Shown in pieces: positions 1 to 7,307 of a stretch of DNA of 44,732 nt (its first letter is position 1; each line of letters starts with the position of its first letter). The translations under genes and the position numbers were made by a program. The DNA is from Candidatus Woesearchaeota archaeon (GTDB lineage: Archaea > Nanobdellota > Nanobdellia > CAZCWL01), in the NCBI GenBank assembly GCA_964502435.1, contig CAZCWL010000001.1, forward strand, positions 1 to 44,732, read 5' to 3'. The notes under the pieces were generated by a model. It was not told the origin of the DNA and ran no database searches. It saw only the letters and a program-made list of their open reading frames with translations.

Positions 1-2
1 TA

Positions 3-824
3 ACATTCAACTCAATAGCATTTGCGTTCAGAAAACACAGATCCAAACCATGGACGTTGCAAGAACTAGTAAAAAAAGGGATGATGGACTGGAAAGTGGC
101 GGGTTTAATATCATACCTTGTTAAGTCCGAGACAAGCATACTGATAACTGGTGCAAGAGGATCAGGAAAAACATCCTTGTTAGGTGCAACATTATTTCGC
201 ATACCTAAAAACCAAAGGATAATAGTAATGGAGGACACTAAAGAGCTTCCTATAGACCATCTAAAACAAAATGGATGGAATGTATTACACATAAGGACAA
301 CAGCAGAACTAGAAGGAGAAACCTATGAAAAAACATCAGAGTACGCGTTAAGAACAGCTTTAAGACTAGGGGAATCTGTTTTGGTTATAGGTGAAGTAAG
401 AGGCCACGAAGCAAAAGCACTGTTCGAGGCGATGAGAATCGGTGCGGCAGGAAATGCTGTGCTTGGAACTATCCACGGATCCAGTGCATACGACACATGG
501 GATAGAATAGTTAACGATATAGGTGTCCCTTCTACGTCGTTCAAGGCAACAGATGTGGTCATTGCATGTGGATACGTAAGAGAAAAAGTAAGATCAAGGC
601 GTGTATGGGCCATAACAGAAGTCAGGAAGCAATGGACAAAAGACCCATCAAAGGAGAAAGGATTCTACAACATCGCTGAATATAACGCAAAAACAAAAAA
701 ATTCAATGTAAATCTAAATAACTCAGAGATCATAAAAACCTTGGCAAAAAAGAAAGGGAAAACAATACCACAAATAAAGAAAGAGATAGAAAAAGAAATA
801 AGACAACTACGTTCTTCTCAGTAA
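3..824 (+). CDS. Type II/IV secretion-family ATPase (archaeal FlaI/ArlI/PilB-like), C-terminal part; the 5' end lies outside the window
   Basis: The frame is open from nt 3, with no stop before the tracked Met at 57. Motifs: Walker A GARGSGKT, Asp-box VMEDTKEL, Walker B-like LVIGEVRGHEA, His-box GTIHG. Confidence 0.8.
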   Translation, partial: TFNSIAFAFRKHRSKPWTLQELVKKGMMDWKVAGLISYLVKSETSILITGARGSGKTSLLGATLFRIPKNQRIIVMEDTKELPIDHLKQNGWNVLHIRTTAELEGETYEKTSEYALRTALRLGESVLVIGEVRGHEAKALFEAMRIGAAGNAVLGTIHGSSAYDTWDRIVNDIGVPSTSFKATDVVIACGYVREKVRSRRVWAITEVRKQWTKDPSKEKGFYNIAEYNAKTKKFNVNLNNSEIIKTLAKKKGKTIPQIKKEIEKEIRQLRSSQ

Positions 825-856
825 AGTTTAAAACGTATATGAACCTAGATTTTACA

Positions 857-928
857 GGGCAGGTAGCTCAGTGGGAGAGCGCACGGCTGAAGACCGTGAT
901 GTCGGGGGTTCGAATCCCCCCCTGCCCA
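857..928 (+). tRNA. tRNA-Phe (anticodon GAA)
   Basis: Cloverleaf folded by hand: acceptor GGGCAGG/CCTGCCC, D arm GCTC/GAGC, anticodon arm CACGG-CTGAAGA-CCGTG, T arm GGGGG-TTCGAAT-CCCCC, discriminator A. No CCA is encoded. An A/T-rich TATA-like box sits about 25 nt upstream. Confidence 0.93.
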
Positions 929-966
929 ATAAAAAAGTACATAAATCCGTAAGTTCTCAATTTGGC

Positions 967-1722
967 ATGGCAAGAGTTATCGTCGCTGCTTCTGGCAAAG
1001 GAGGAGTAGGAAAAACAACAGTAGCAGTGAATTTAGCTATTGCTCTGCATATGCTAGGTAGGCGTGTTTTACTGATAGACGCCAACCTAACCACACCAAA
1101 TGCAGGTATCCATCTTGGAGTATTTAACATCCCTGTAAGTTTACACGATGTTCTATCAGGGAAGGCAAAGCCAGAACAAGCAACGTATAAACATCCGTAC
1201 GGATTTTACTTTCTTCCAGCAAGCCTGGACATACGCAAACTTACGAAAACTATGGAAAAACGTTTGATACAGGTGATAAACAAGTTAATGGACAAGTTTG
1301 ATTACGTAATAATAGACGCTGCTCCTGGACTAGGGAAAGAGGCCCAACTAGCCCTTGAAGCAGGAGACGAATTAATAGTTGTAACAAACGCTGAGATGCC
1401 TGCTGTTGTTGACGCACTAAAAACAATAGAGCTGGCTAAAATCCACAACACGAGCATACTTGGTGTAGTGATAAATAAGCACAGTGGTAGAAATGAGATG
1501 ACAAAAGAAAATGTAGAAGAATTCCTAGAGACTCCAGTAATTGGTGTAATAAGAGAAGATCCTAAAGTTAAATTGTCCTTACGAAGAAAAGTTCCAATGA
1601 TCATATCCTCGCCAAGCAGCAAGTTCTCAAGAGACGTGATGAACTTAGCAAGGACAATAACAGGCATGGGTGCTGTAAAAGAATCTTTCTTCGGATCTAT
1701 ACTACGAAGACTAGGGTTTTGA
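967..1722 (+). CDS. MinD/ParA-family P-loop ATPase
   Basis: The deviant Walker A SGKGGVGKTT follows directly after the Met at 967. The tracked start at 871 would run through tRNA-Phe and is rejected. DAAPG Walker B region is present. Confidence 0.85.
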   Translation: MARVIVAASGKGGVGKTTVAVNLAIALHMLGRRVLLIDANLTTPNAGIHLGVFNIPVSLHDVLSGKAKPEQATYKHPYGFYFLPASLDIRKLTKTMEKRLIQVINKLMDKFDYVIIDAAPGLGKEAQLALEAGDELIVVTNAEMPAVVDALKTIELAKIHNTSILGVVINKHSGRNEMTKENVEEFLETPVIGVIREDPKVKLSLRRKVPMIISSPSSKFSRDVMNLARTITGMGAVKESFFGSILRRLGF

Positions 1723-1724
1723 AC

Positions 1725-2363
1725 ATGATCATATCACTTGGTGGATCAGTCATAACAAAGAATGGACTGAACGTAAAATTTCTTAAATCCATTCGGAAAT
1801 TGTTACCAAAGAAGTACGTTATTGTCTGTGGTGGTGGGACAACAGCGAGAGAGTACATCAAAGCAGGATCTCTCTTAGGATTATCAAAGAACAAACTTGA
1901 CGAACTAGGAATCGAAGCTACAATTCTAAATGCAAAACTAGTGTCTTACGCACTTGGTGCTAGGTTTGTTCAAGGCAATCCTTCGGTTACAGGAAAGCTA
2001 AGAGGGAAGATTGTCACAGGGGGGTACAAGCCAGGGCACACCACAGACTACGATGCAGTACTTGCTGCTATATCATCCAGAGACATAATTATCAATGTTA
2101 GCGACGTCAAAGGAGTTTATACCAGAGATCCAAAAAAATACAAGAATGCTAAGTTAATAAGAAAAATGACTTATGACGACTACCTTAATATGTTCAAAGG
2201 GTACAAGCCAGGAGAACACATCCCTTTTGATGTATCTGCTATGCAACTAGCAAAAAAATACAACATTAGGATAATTTTTGTTGACGAAACAAACTTCAAA
2301 CATTTACTGAACAATAAAGCTTTTATTGGAACTACGATAGCATCTAAACATGAAACACATTGA
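1725..2363 (+). CDS. pyrH: Uridylate (UMP) kinase, archaeal type
   Basis: MIISLGGSV, VCGGGTTAREYI, GGYKPGHTTDYDAVLAA and VKGVYTRDPKK align along the full length with archaeal PyrH. The ATG at 1725 is preferred over the TTG at 1719. Confidence 0.88.
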   Translation: MIISLGGSVITKNGLNVKFLKSIRKLLPKKYVIVCGGGTTAREYIKAGSLLGLSKNKLDELGIEATILNAKLVSYALGARFVQGNPSVTGKLRGKIVTGGYKPGHTTDYDAVLAAISSRDIIINVSDVKGVYTRDPKKYKNAKLIRKMTYDDYLNMFKGYKPGEHIPFDVSAMQLAKKYNIRIIFVDETNFKHLLNNKAFIGTTIASKHETH

Positions 2364-3213
2364 AGAATTAGGCTATGGTACTGACTGGATAAACAAAAGA
2401 TTGTATGACTCAATAAGGGTTAACACAATAAAGATAGATCCCTTAACTCTTAAGCAAAGGCTAGAATCACAAGGTTGGATACTAGAGCAGTTACCTTGGT
2501 ACAGTTATGGTTTCATTGTAAAGAACAGAACTACTGAACTTGGTAACACACTTGAACACTTTCTGGGGTATTACTACTCACAATCTGTGTCTAGTATGAT
2601 ACCTGTACTAGCATTAGAACCAAAGGGACTTATACTTGACATGGCAGCTGCTCCAGGCGGCAAAACTTCACAGATCGCACAACATTCTGGCGATCTTATA
2701 ATAGCTAATGACGTTAACAATGCAAGGCTAAACATTCTAGCTGCGAACCTACAAAGATTAGGAGTTAGCAACGTCATAATAACAAGAAAGCCTGGACAGA
2801 ACTTTCACAAAACAAGTATTAAATTTGATAGAGTTTTACTTGATGCGCCATGTTCATCACTAGGAACAGCAATGCATAACCCAAGAGTCCTAAAGCAATG
2901 GAGTCCAAAGTTCAGCGCAAAACTATCAAAACTCCAAAAGGCAATGGCAGAATCTGCGTTCCTATCTTTAAAGAAAGGTGGAATACTTGTGTATTCCACT
3001 TGTACTATAACTGTTGAAGAGAATGAAGAGATAATTAACCACCTAATCAGTCTTGGAGCCAAGGTTGAGGACATAAATTTAGACATTCCTCACCATGAGG
3101 GTATAACAGACTATAAAGGCAAGCACTACGATAATAGTATTAGCAAGTGCTGGAGAATACATCCAGATGATTTGGAATCAGAAGGATTTTTCATTGCGAG
3201 GTTGAGACGATGA
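2350..3213 (+). CDS. NOL1/NOP2/Sun-family RNA (cytosine-C5)-methyltransferase
   Basis: SAM motif DMAAAPGGKT and both catalytic Cys motifs (LLDAPCSSLG and VYSTCT). It overlaps the pyrH 3' end by 14 nt. Confidence 0.88.
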   Translation: MKHIEELGYGTDWINKRLYDSIRVNTIKIDPLTLKQRLESQGWILEQLPWYSYGFIVKNRTTELGNTLEHFLGYYYSQSVSSMIPVLALEPKGLILDMAAAPGGKTSQIAQHSGDLIIANDVNNARLNILAANLQRLGVSNVIITRKPGQNFHKTSIKFDRVLLDAPCSSLGTAMHNPRVLKQWSPKFSAKLSKLQKAMAESAFLSLKKGGILVYSTCTITVEENEEIINHLISLGAKVEDINLDIPHHEGITDYKGKHYDNSISKCWRIHPDDLESEGFFIARLRR

Positions 3214-3626
3214 AAAGGATAAAATCACGGGATGTCTATGCAATGCTTGAGTACTATGGCATCAAAAAAAGAATAAACGCCATATTCTTTGTCACAGAAG
3301 GCGGAAAAGTATTCATGATCCCGGAGTATATAGACATTCCTGCTAAAATCTACTCAGTAGGATTATGTATTGGTAAAATAGAAAAAGAAGGATTCAGGTT
3401 CACAATAGAAGGTGCACAAATATTTTACAATCTCGCAACTAAACAGATTCTAGAATTAAATGATGAACAATTGTATGACTGGGTTAGAGGCATAAATACA
3501 AAGGTAAATGTAAAAGATGGGTATTACATACTAAAATACAAAGACGATATTGTTGGTGGTGGAAAGGTAAAAAATGGGGTGCTCTGGAACTTCGTTAAGA
3601 AGAACAGGAGGATCAAAAAGCTATGA
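3210..3626 (+). CDS. Small putative RNA-binding protein, PUA/Nip7-like (tentative)
   Basis: ATGA overlap with the upstream methyltransferase. The C-terminal YYILKYKDDIVGGGKVKNGVLWNFVKKNRRI resembles the PUA-domain end of Nip7/UPF0113 proteins. This is pattern recognition only. Confidence 0.4.
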   Translation: MKRIKSRDVYAMLEYYGIKKRINAIFFVTEGGKVFMIPEYIDIPAKIYSVGLCIGKIEKEGFRFTIEGAQIFYNLATKQILELNDEQLYDWVRGINTKVNVKDGYYILKYKDDIVGGGKVKNGVLWNFVKKNRRIKKL

Positions 3627-4516
3627 TTGAAGTGCTACTATTTGTAGTCGGCTTAGGAGTATTAATTTATTCAGCAGAGTACTTAGTCAAATCAGTAGTT
3701 GGAACCTCTAAACTATCAGGAATACCTGTCTTTTTGATAAGTGTGTTATTTGTTGGGTTTGATCCAGAGAACTTAGCTACAGGTGTGATCAGCTCACTTA
3801 AAAACGCTTACAGCATAACAATGGGCAGCATAGTCGGTGCTGCAATGGTAGCTATCGGTTTAGCATTTGGTATCACAATACTTTTCTCTAATGTGAAATT
3901 TAAGCGTGTCTCATGGAAGGTAATGATTACACCCATACTTGCTACACTGTTGTTCTATACTCTAAGCTTAGATGGAGTATTGTCAAGGATAGATGGTATA
4001 ATTTTAGTTTTATCATTCATTGGCGCTATCTTTATTATGGTTAGGTCTAGAGTTGAAGTAGAAGCAGAACACATGGACATTAAATGGGGATTAGGCAAGT
4101 CTCTTGTGGTTCTAGCACTGTCTCTAATCGGAATTGTGGTAGGTAGTGAATTGTTAGTTAATGCCTCTAAGTCAGTAATGCACACAATTGGCATATCTGA
4201 GACATTCTTTGGTATGGTTATCGTCTCATTTTTGATAAGCATAGAAGAAATAGCAAGAGAATTGCCTGCTGCTATCAAAGGAAGATCGGACATAACATAT
4301 GGTAATGTGGTTGGGTCAATACTGCATTTCTTCCTCCTAAATGCAGGGTTAGTAGCTATAATTCATCCTGTTACAATCAGCAAACAAATACTTCAATACT
4401 TCCCTGTGATGCTGACTACAATCTTAGTTGCTTCTTTGATTCCAATTAAGAAGAAAGTCCCAAAATGGGCTGGATTAGTTTTAGTGTTGCTGTACATTAT
4501 TTTCATCTTAATTTAA
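3623..4516 (+). CDS. Ca2+/cation antiporter (CaCA, Na+/Ca2+ exchanger-like) membrane protein
   Basis: About 10 hydrophobic segments and two alpha-repeat-like motifs (GFDPENLATGV and IEEIARELPAAIKG...GNVVGS). ATGA overlap with the upstream gene. Confidence 0.6.
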   Translation: MIEVLLFVVGLGVLIYSAEYLVKSVVGTSKLSGIPVFLISVLFVGFDPENLATGVISSLKNAYSITMGSIVGAAMVAIGLAFGITILFSNVKFKRVSWKVMITPILATLLFYTLSLDGVLSRIDGIILVLSFIGAIFIMVRSRVEVEAEHMDIKWGLGKSLVVLALSLIGIVVGSELLVNASKSVMHTIGISETFFGMVIVSFLISIEEIARELPAAIKGRSDITYGNVVGSILHFFLLNAGLVAIIHPVTISKQILQYFPVMLTTILVASLIPIKKKVPKWAGLVLVLLYIIFILI

Positions 4517-4684
4517 TTTTAGGTACTAAGATGGAGACTCCTTACGATAACTAATGCTATAAACGTCGCCTTAACGCCTCTTCAAGAAGATTACGCAAAT
4601 AAAAAGTGCGTTAAATGTTTAGTCTAAAACATTTTCAAAAACTTTATAAACAAAAAATGACCTTAAACGTTAAGGGTTGATATT

Positions 4685-4864
4685 ATGGGTATAGATAGTT
4701 TCTTTAAAAAGATTGGAAGTTCAATTGGAAAGCAAGTAAAGAAATCTCAGATTAATTTGAAACAAAGAGGAGAAATAAGAACCATAAAAGAAAAGTACCT
4801 TTCCAAGCTTTCTCATCGTGAACTTGTCCAAATCTACAAAACATATTTGGGGAACGAAGCATGA
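4685..4864 (+). CDS. Small ORF (59 aa) with an N-terminal amphipathic motif, hypothetical
   Basis: Not in the ORF track because it is under 60 aa. Sequence: MGIDSFFKKIGSSIGKQVKK...TYLGNEA. TTTATAAA lies about 35 nt upstream. Its TGA overlaps the ATG of the next gene (ATGA at 4861-4864). Confidence 0.4.
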   Translation: MGIDSFFKKIGSSIGKQVKKSQINLKQRGEIRTIKEKYLSKLSHRELVQIYKTYLGNEA

Positions 4865-5748
4865 CAAGAAAAAAAACAAGAAAATCCGGAAGAAAGGGAA
4901 GCAGGAGAAAGGAAGACGCCTTTGGCCTTGGAATTCCTGAAATGGAGATACCATCTTTTAACCTCGGATTCTCACAAGAGAAAAAGACAACAAGAAGTAG
5001 AAAAAGAGAAAACCCCTTCAGTTTAGAAATACCAAAAATTGAAACACCTCCCTTAGACCTTAGCCTTGGTGTAGAACAGAGAAGGATAGATCCCAACAAA
5101 ATGCCAAAAGTTAAACTAATTGGCATTCTTTCAAAACAATTATCTACAAACCAGATTTACCAATCACTTATTCGTTTAGGTAAGCATAGGTTGGCAGATG
5201 AATTTTTGAATGAGGTAAGATATATGACAGAAAAGTACAATAAAATGACAATGGGAATAGATGGTAAAATTGAAGAAAGTAGAGAGGAGAGGCTCCTGAA
5301 AGAAATAATTGAAGAGATTATTGGTTACATAAAGAGAGATTTTTACAGGGAAGTATTACCAAAACTTAAACCTAAAGATGAGGAGGATTTTAGTAAACAG
5401 TCACTACCTTTTTTAGCAGGTGTCTTATCTCCAATAAAAAGTTCATTTGAAAGATTAGGGGTAGACATCAAAATAGAACGAGAAAAAATTATTTCTGAAA
5501 GAGAAAGAATTGACTTGTTGATAACTGTCGGAAAAACGAGAATTGGCATAGAGCTCAAATACAATCCAACTAAAATGTCCGAGTTTGACCATTTAATGTC
5601 ACAAATCGATAGGTATATCCCGTACATTGATTACCTAGTGATAGTATCTTATTTACCTTTAGAGCCTTGGTTGATTGGAAAAATAAAAGAAAAGGAAATC
5701 GAAAAAGGGAAACCGATAAAAATAGTTACTCCAGACAAAGTAATCTAA
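4861..5748 (+). CDS. Hypothetical protein: basic tandem-repeat N-terminus plus a C-terminal PD-(D/E)xK nuclease-like domain
   Basis: The core F-[GS]-L-[GE]-IP-x-x-E-x-P-x-x-x-L occurs twice (aa 21-36 and 53-68), each copy preceded by an R/K-rich run. The C-terminal RIDLLITVGKTRIGIELKY gives D218 ... E231-x-K233, the restriction-endonuclease-fold signature. Confidence 0.55.
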   Translation: MTRKKTRKSGRKGSRRKEDAFGLGIPEMEIPSFNLGFSQEKKTTRSRKRENPFSLEIPKIETPPLDLSLGVEQRRIDPNKMPKVKLIGILSKQLSTNQIYQSLIRLGKHRLADEFLNEVRYMTEKYNKMTMGIDGKIEESREERLLKEIIEEIIGYIKRDFYREVLPKLKPKDEEDFSKQSLPFLAGVLSPIKSSFERLGVDIKIEREKIISERERIDLLITVGKTRIGIELKYNPTKMSEFDHLMSQIDRYIPYIDYLVIVSYLPLEPWLIGKIKEKEIEKGKPIKIVTPDKVI

Positions 5749-5911
5749 ACTTCAGTGCCTCGCTCGTACTCAAGTACCATCGAAGCCTGCCACACCCAGT
5801 CGTTGGGTATTTCGCGAACATCTAAAGTTACTGAAGATTATACACTAACATCAAATCAGTAGAAGCAATTATAGAAACTAATAAAAATCATAAACACAGT
5901 GCTTTATTGTT

Positions 5912-6045
5912 GCCCTGGTAGCTCAGTTGGTCAGAGCGGCTGCCTCGTATCAGATGAGGAAAACCTTAAATGAGGAAACAATGAAATAAAGAAGGTTATC
6001 TGATGAGAAAGCAGCAGGTCGAGGGTTCGAATCCCTCCCAGGGCT
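5912..6045 (+). tRNA. tRNA-Thr (anticodon CGU) interrupted by a 60-nt intron at the canonical 37/38 position
   Basis: Acceptor GCCCTGG/CCAGGGC, D arm GCTC-AGTTGGTCA-GAGC, anticodon stem GCTGC (5939-5943)/GCAGC (6011-6015), loop CTCGTA|intron|A, T arm GAGGG-TTCGAAT-CCCTC. Confidence 0.85.
5950..6009 (+). other. tRNA intron with a bulge-helix-bulge-like junction
   Basis: Anticodon-intron helix C32-U33-C34-G35 pairs with 6004-6007 (TGAG). The 3' bulge is AAA (6008-6010) and the 5' bulge is T36/A37/T5950. The inner helix is 5951-5955/5998-6002, continued by AACCTT (5962-5967)/AAGGTT (5992-5997). The splice position can slide by 1 nt without changing the mature sequence. Confidence 0.7.
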
Positions 6046-6115
6046 TCAAACGTCACGCCAAATTGAGATGTCTCACAAAGCTTTTAAATAAAACAATGCT
6101 ATAAAAGACAAGGTT

Positions 6116-6214
6116 ATGATGACTAAAAATATCCAAAACGACCATATGAAATCCTCTAAAATTTCTACGGGTGTTTACTGGCTAAGTTTTAGTGAGGTGT
6201 TAAAAAATGCGTAA
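6116..6214 (+). CDS. Possible 32-codon upstream ORF (leader peptide) overlapping the start of the aaRS-like gene
   Basis: Sequence: ATGATG...GCGTAA, MMTKNIQNDHMKSSKISTGVYWLSFSEVLKNA. TATA-like CTTTTAAATAAA (6080-6091) would place the transcription start near this ATG. It ends 8 nt inside the downstream CDS in another frame. There is no homology evidence. Confidence 0.2.
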   Translation: MMTKNIQNDHMKSSKISTGVYWLSFSEVLKNA

Positions 6215-6235
6215 ACTCTCAACCTCACTAAAACT
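6185..6235 (+). promoter_or_regulatory. Stem-loop sequestering the SD and start codon of the aaRS-like gene
   Basis: AGTTTTAGTGAGGT (6185-6198) is the perfect reverse complement of ACCTCACTAAAACT (6222-6235). The 23-nt loop holds the ATG (6207). The GAGGTG Shine-Dalgarno lies in the 5' arm. Confidence 0.6.
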
Positions 6236-7307
6236 CCGTCGGCCACCAAATGCTGCTGCTAACACAATTAAAAAGATCAAAAATCTCTTTGCAACAATTA
6301 GACCATCAACAACAGTCAACCTCCATTTTTCCTTTCAGCTAAATGGCCCTCCTCATCTTGGAACGCTTTTCTCGCTGACGTCACTCTTCGCAATCGCACA
6401 AATGCTCGAAGAAAAAGGGCTAAAGCCCAAAATCTTTATCAATATCCTTGAAAATGCGCCTGCAAAAATCTTTACTATCAGTAACAGGAAGTATGCAATC
6501 AACTTCTCTCACTTGAGAGTAAACGGCGAGCCCCTCATAAAGCGCTACCTTAAGCCATACCAGTTTATCTTCGAACTTCTCGCGAAGTCTACAAATATCA
6601 AACAATCCTCTCTCTTGTGGTATTCAGAGCTCCAAGCCACGCCAGCGTTCCGAAAAAGACTAATTTATATGCTTGAGCACTACGAAAGCTTTAGCAAGGT
6701 GCTTTCGCCATACGACAATCGTTTAAAGATTAGAATCCCATGCCCTCATTGTGGACTTCTCAGCAAGGACTCAAAAGCCATAAAAATTAAAAAGCTCGGC
6801 ACAAACAAGTATCTCCTTAGTTCAAATTGCCCATATCATGGTGTGCACACGACTCTTCTTTCAACTACCAACAAAGATTTAGTCGATGTCAATACGATTA
6901 TCCGAAATGTCATCAAAGAGTCAATTTTTATAGAGAAGGCGCAAAGCACTGGAGCTGCCAACGCCATGATTGAGGGGAGTGATTGGATGTACATTGTGCC
7001 CCTTATCGAAAAAGGTTTGGGTCTCCTTGGACACAATGTTTTGGAGTTCCCTATAAGAGTCTTTACACCCCTCGTCGTCGACAAGACTGGTGCTAAGCTT
7101 TCTAAACACATCCACGTTAAAGGAGGCTACCCCGAATACTCAGATTTTATAAACCACATCGGCGAAGAGCCTTGGAAATTCAAAGAAGAAATCCAAAGGC
7201 TGTACGCGTTTAGTCAAAAACTGCTCGATGATGCATTTATGTTTTATCGTAACTTCTCTGCAGATGTACTGGAAATTCTTATGGCAGGAGGCGAGTTAAA
7301 ATGGTAA
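6207..7307 (+). CDS. Class-I aminoacyl-tRNA-synthetase-like catalytic-core protein (HIGH/KMSKS nucleotidyltransferase fold), no anticodon-binding domain
   Basis: NGPPH50-L-G-T53 is HIGH-like and GAK297-L-S-K-H301 is KMSKS-like, about 247 aa apart. Putative Zn knuckle: C179-P-H-C182 ... C208-P-Y-H211. At 366 aa it is too short for a full aaRS. The DNA is C-rich and atypical for the window. Confidence 0.5.
   Translation: MRKLSTSLKLRRPPNAAANTIKKIKNLFATIRPSTTVNLHFSFQLNGPPHLGTLFSLTSLFAIAQMLEEKGLKPKIFINILENAPAKIFTISNRKYAINFSHLRVNGEPLIKRYLKPYQFIFELLAKSTNIKQSSLLWYSELQATPAFRKRLIYMLEHYESFSKVLSPYDNRLKIRIPCPHCGLLSKDSKAIKIKKLGTNKYLLSSNCPYHGVHTTLLSTTNKDLVDVNTIIRNVIKESIFIEKAQSTGAANAMIEGSDWMYIVPLIEKGLGLLGHNVLEFPIRVFTPLVVDKTGAKLSKHIHVKGGYPEYSDFINHIGEEPWKFKEEIQRLYAFSQKLLDDAFMFYRNFSADVLEILMAGGELKW

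Noticed and set aside
871-966. The tracked ORF 871-1722 begins 96 nt upstream of the MinD Walker A region.
   Set aside because: The extension (MGERTAEDRDVGGSNPPLP...) is a translation of tRNA-Phe itself. The real start is the ATG at 967, directly before the P-loop.
4517-4684. Moderately G+C-rich spacer with small hairpins: AAATGTTTAG-T-CTAAAACATTT at about 4614-4635 and CCTTAA-ACG-TTAAGG at 4665-4679. Possible sRNA or terminator.
   Set aside because: The stems are short or imperfect and are explained well enough as the 3' end of the antiporter operon plus the promoter/operator region (TTTATAAA) of the 4685 cassette. There is not enough signal to call an RNA gene.
5950-6009. Box C/D-like motifs in the tRNA-Thr intron (cAGATGAgg near the 5' end, tCTGATGAga near the 3' end). 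They recall the guide sRNA encoded in some archaeal tRNA-Trp introns.
   Set aside because: The two elements are Watson-Crick complementary (ATCAGAT/ATCTGAT) and form the inner helix of the splicing motif, not a C/D kink-turn. I saw no convincing C'/D' boxes or guide complementarity. It would need an Infernal or snoscan search to revive the idea.
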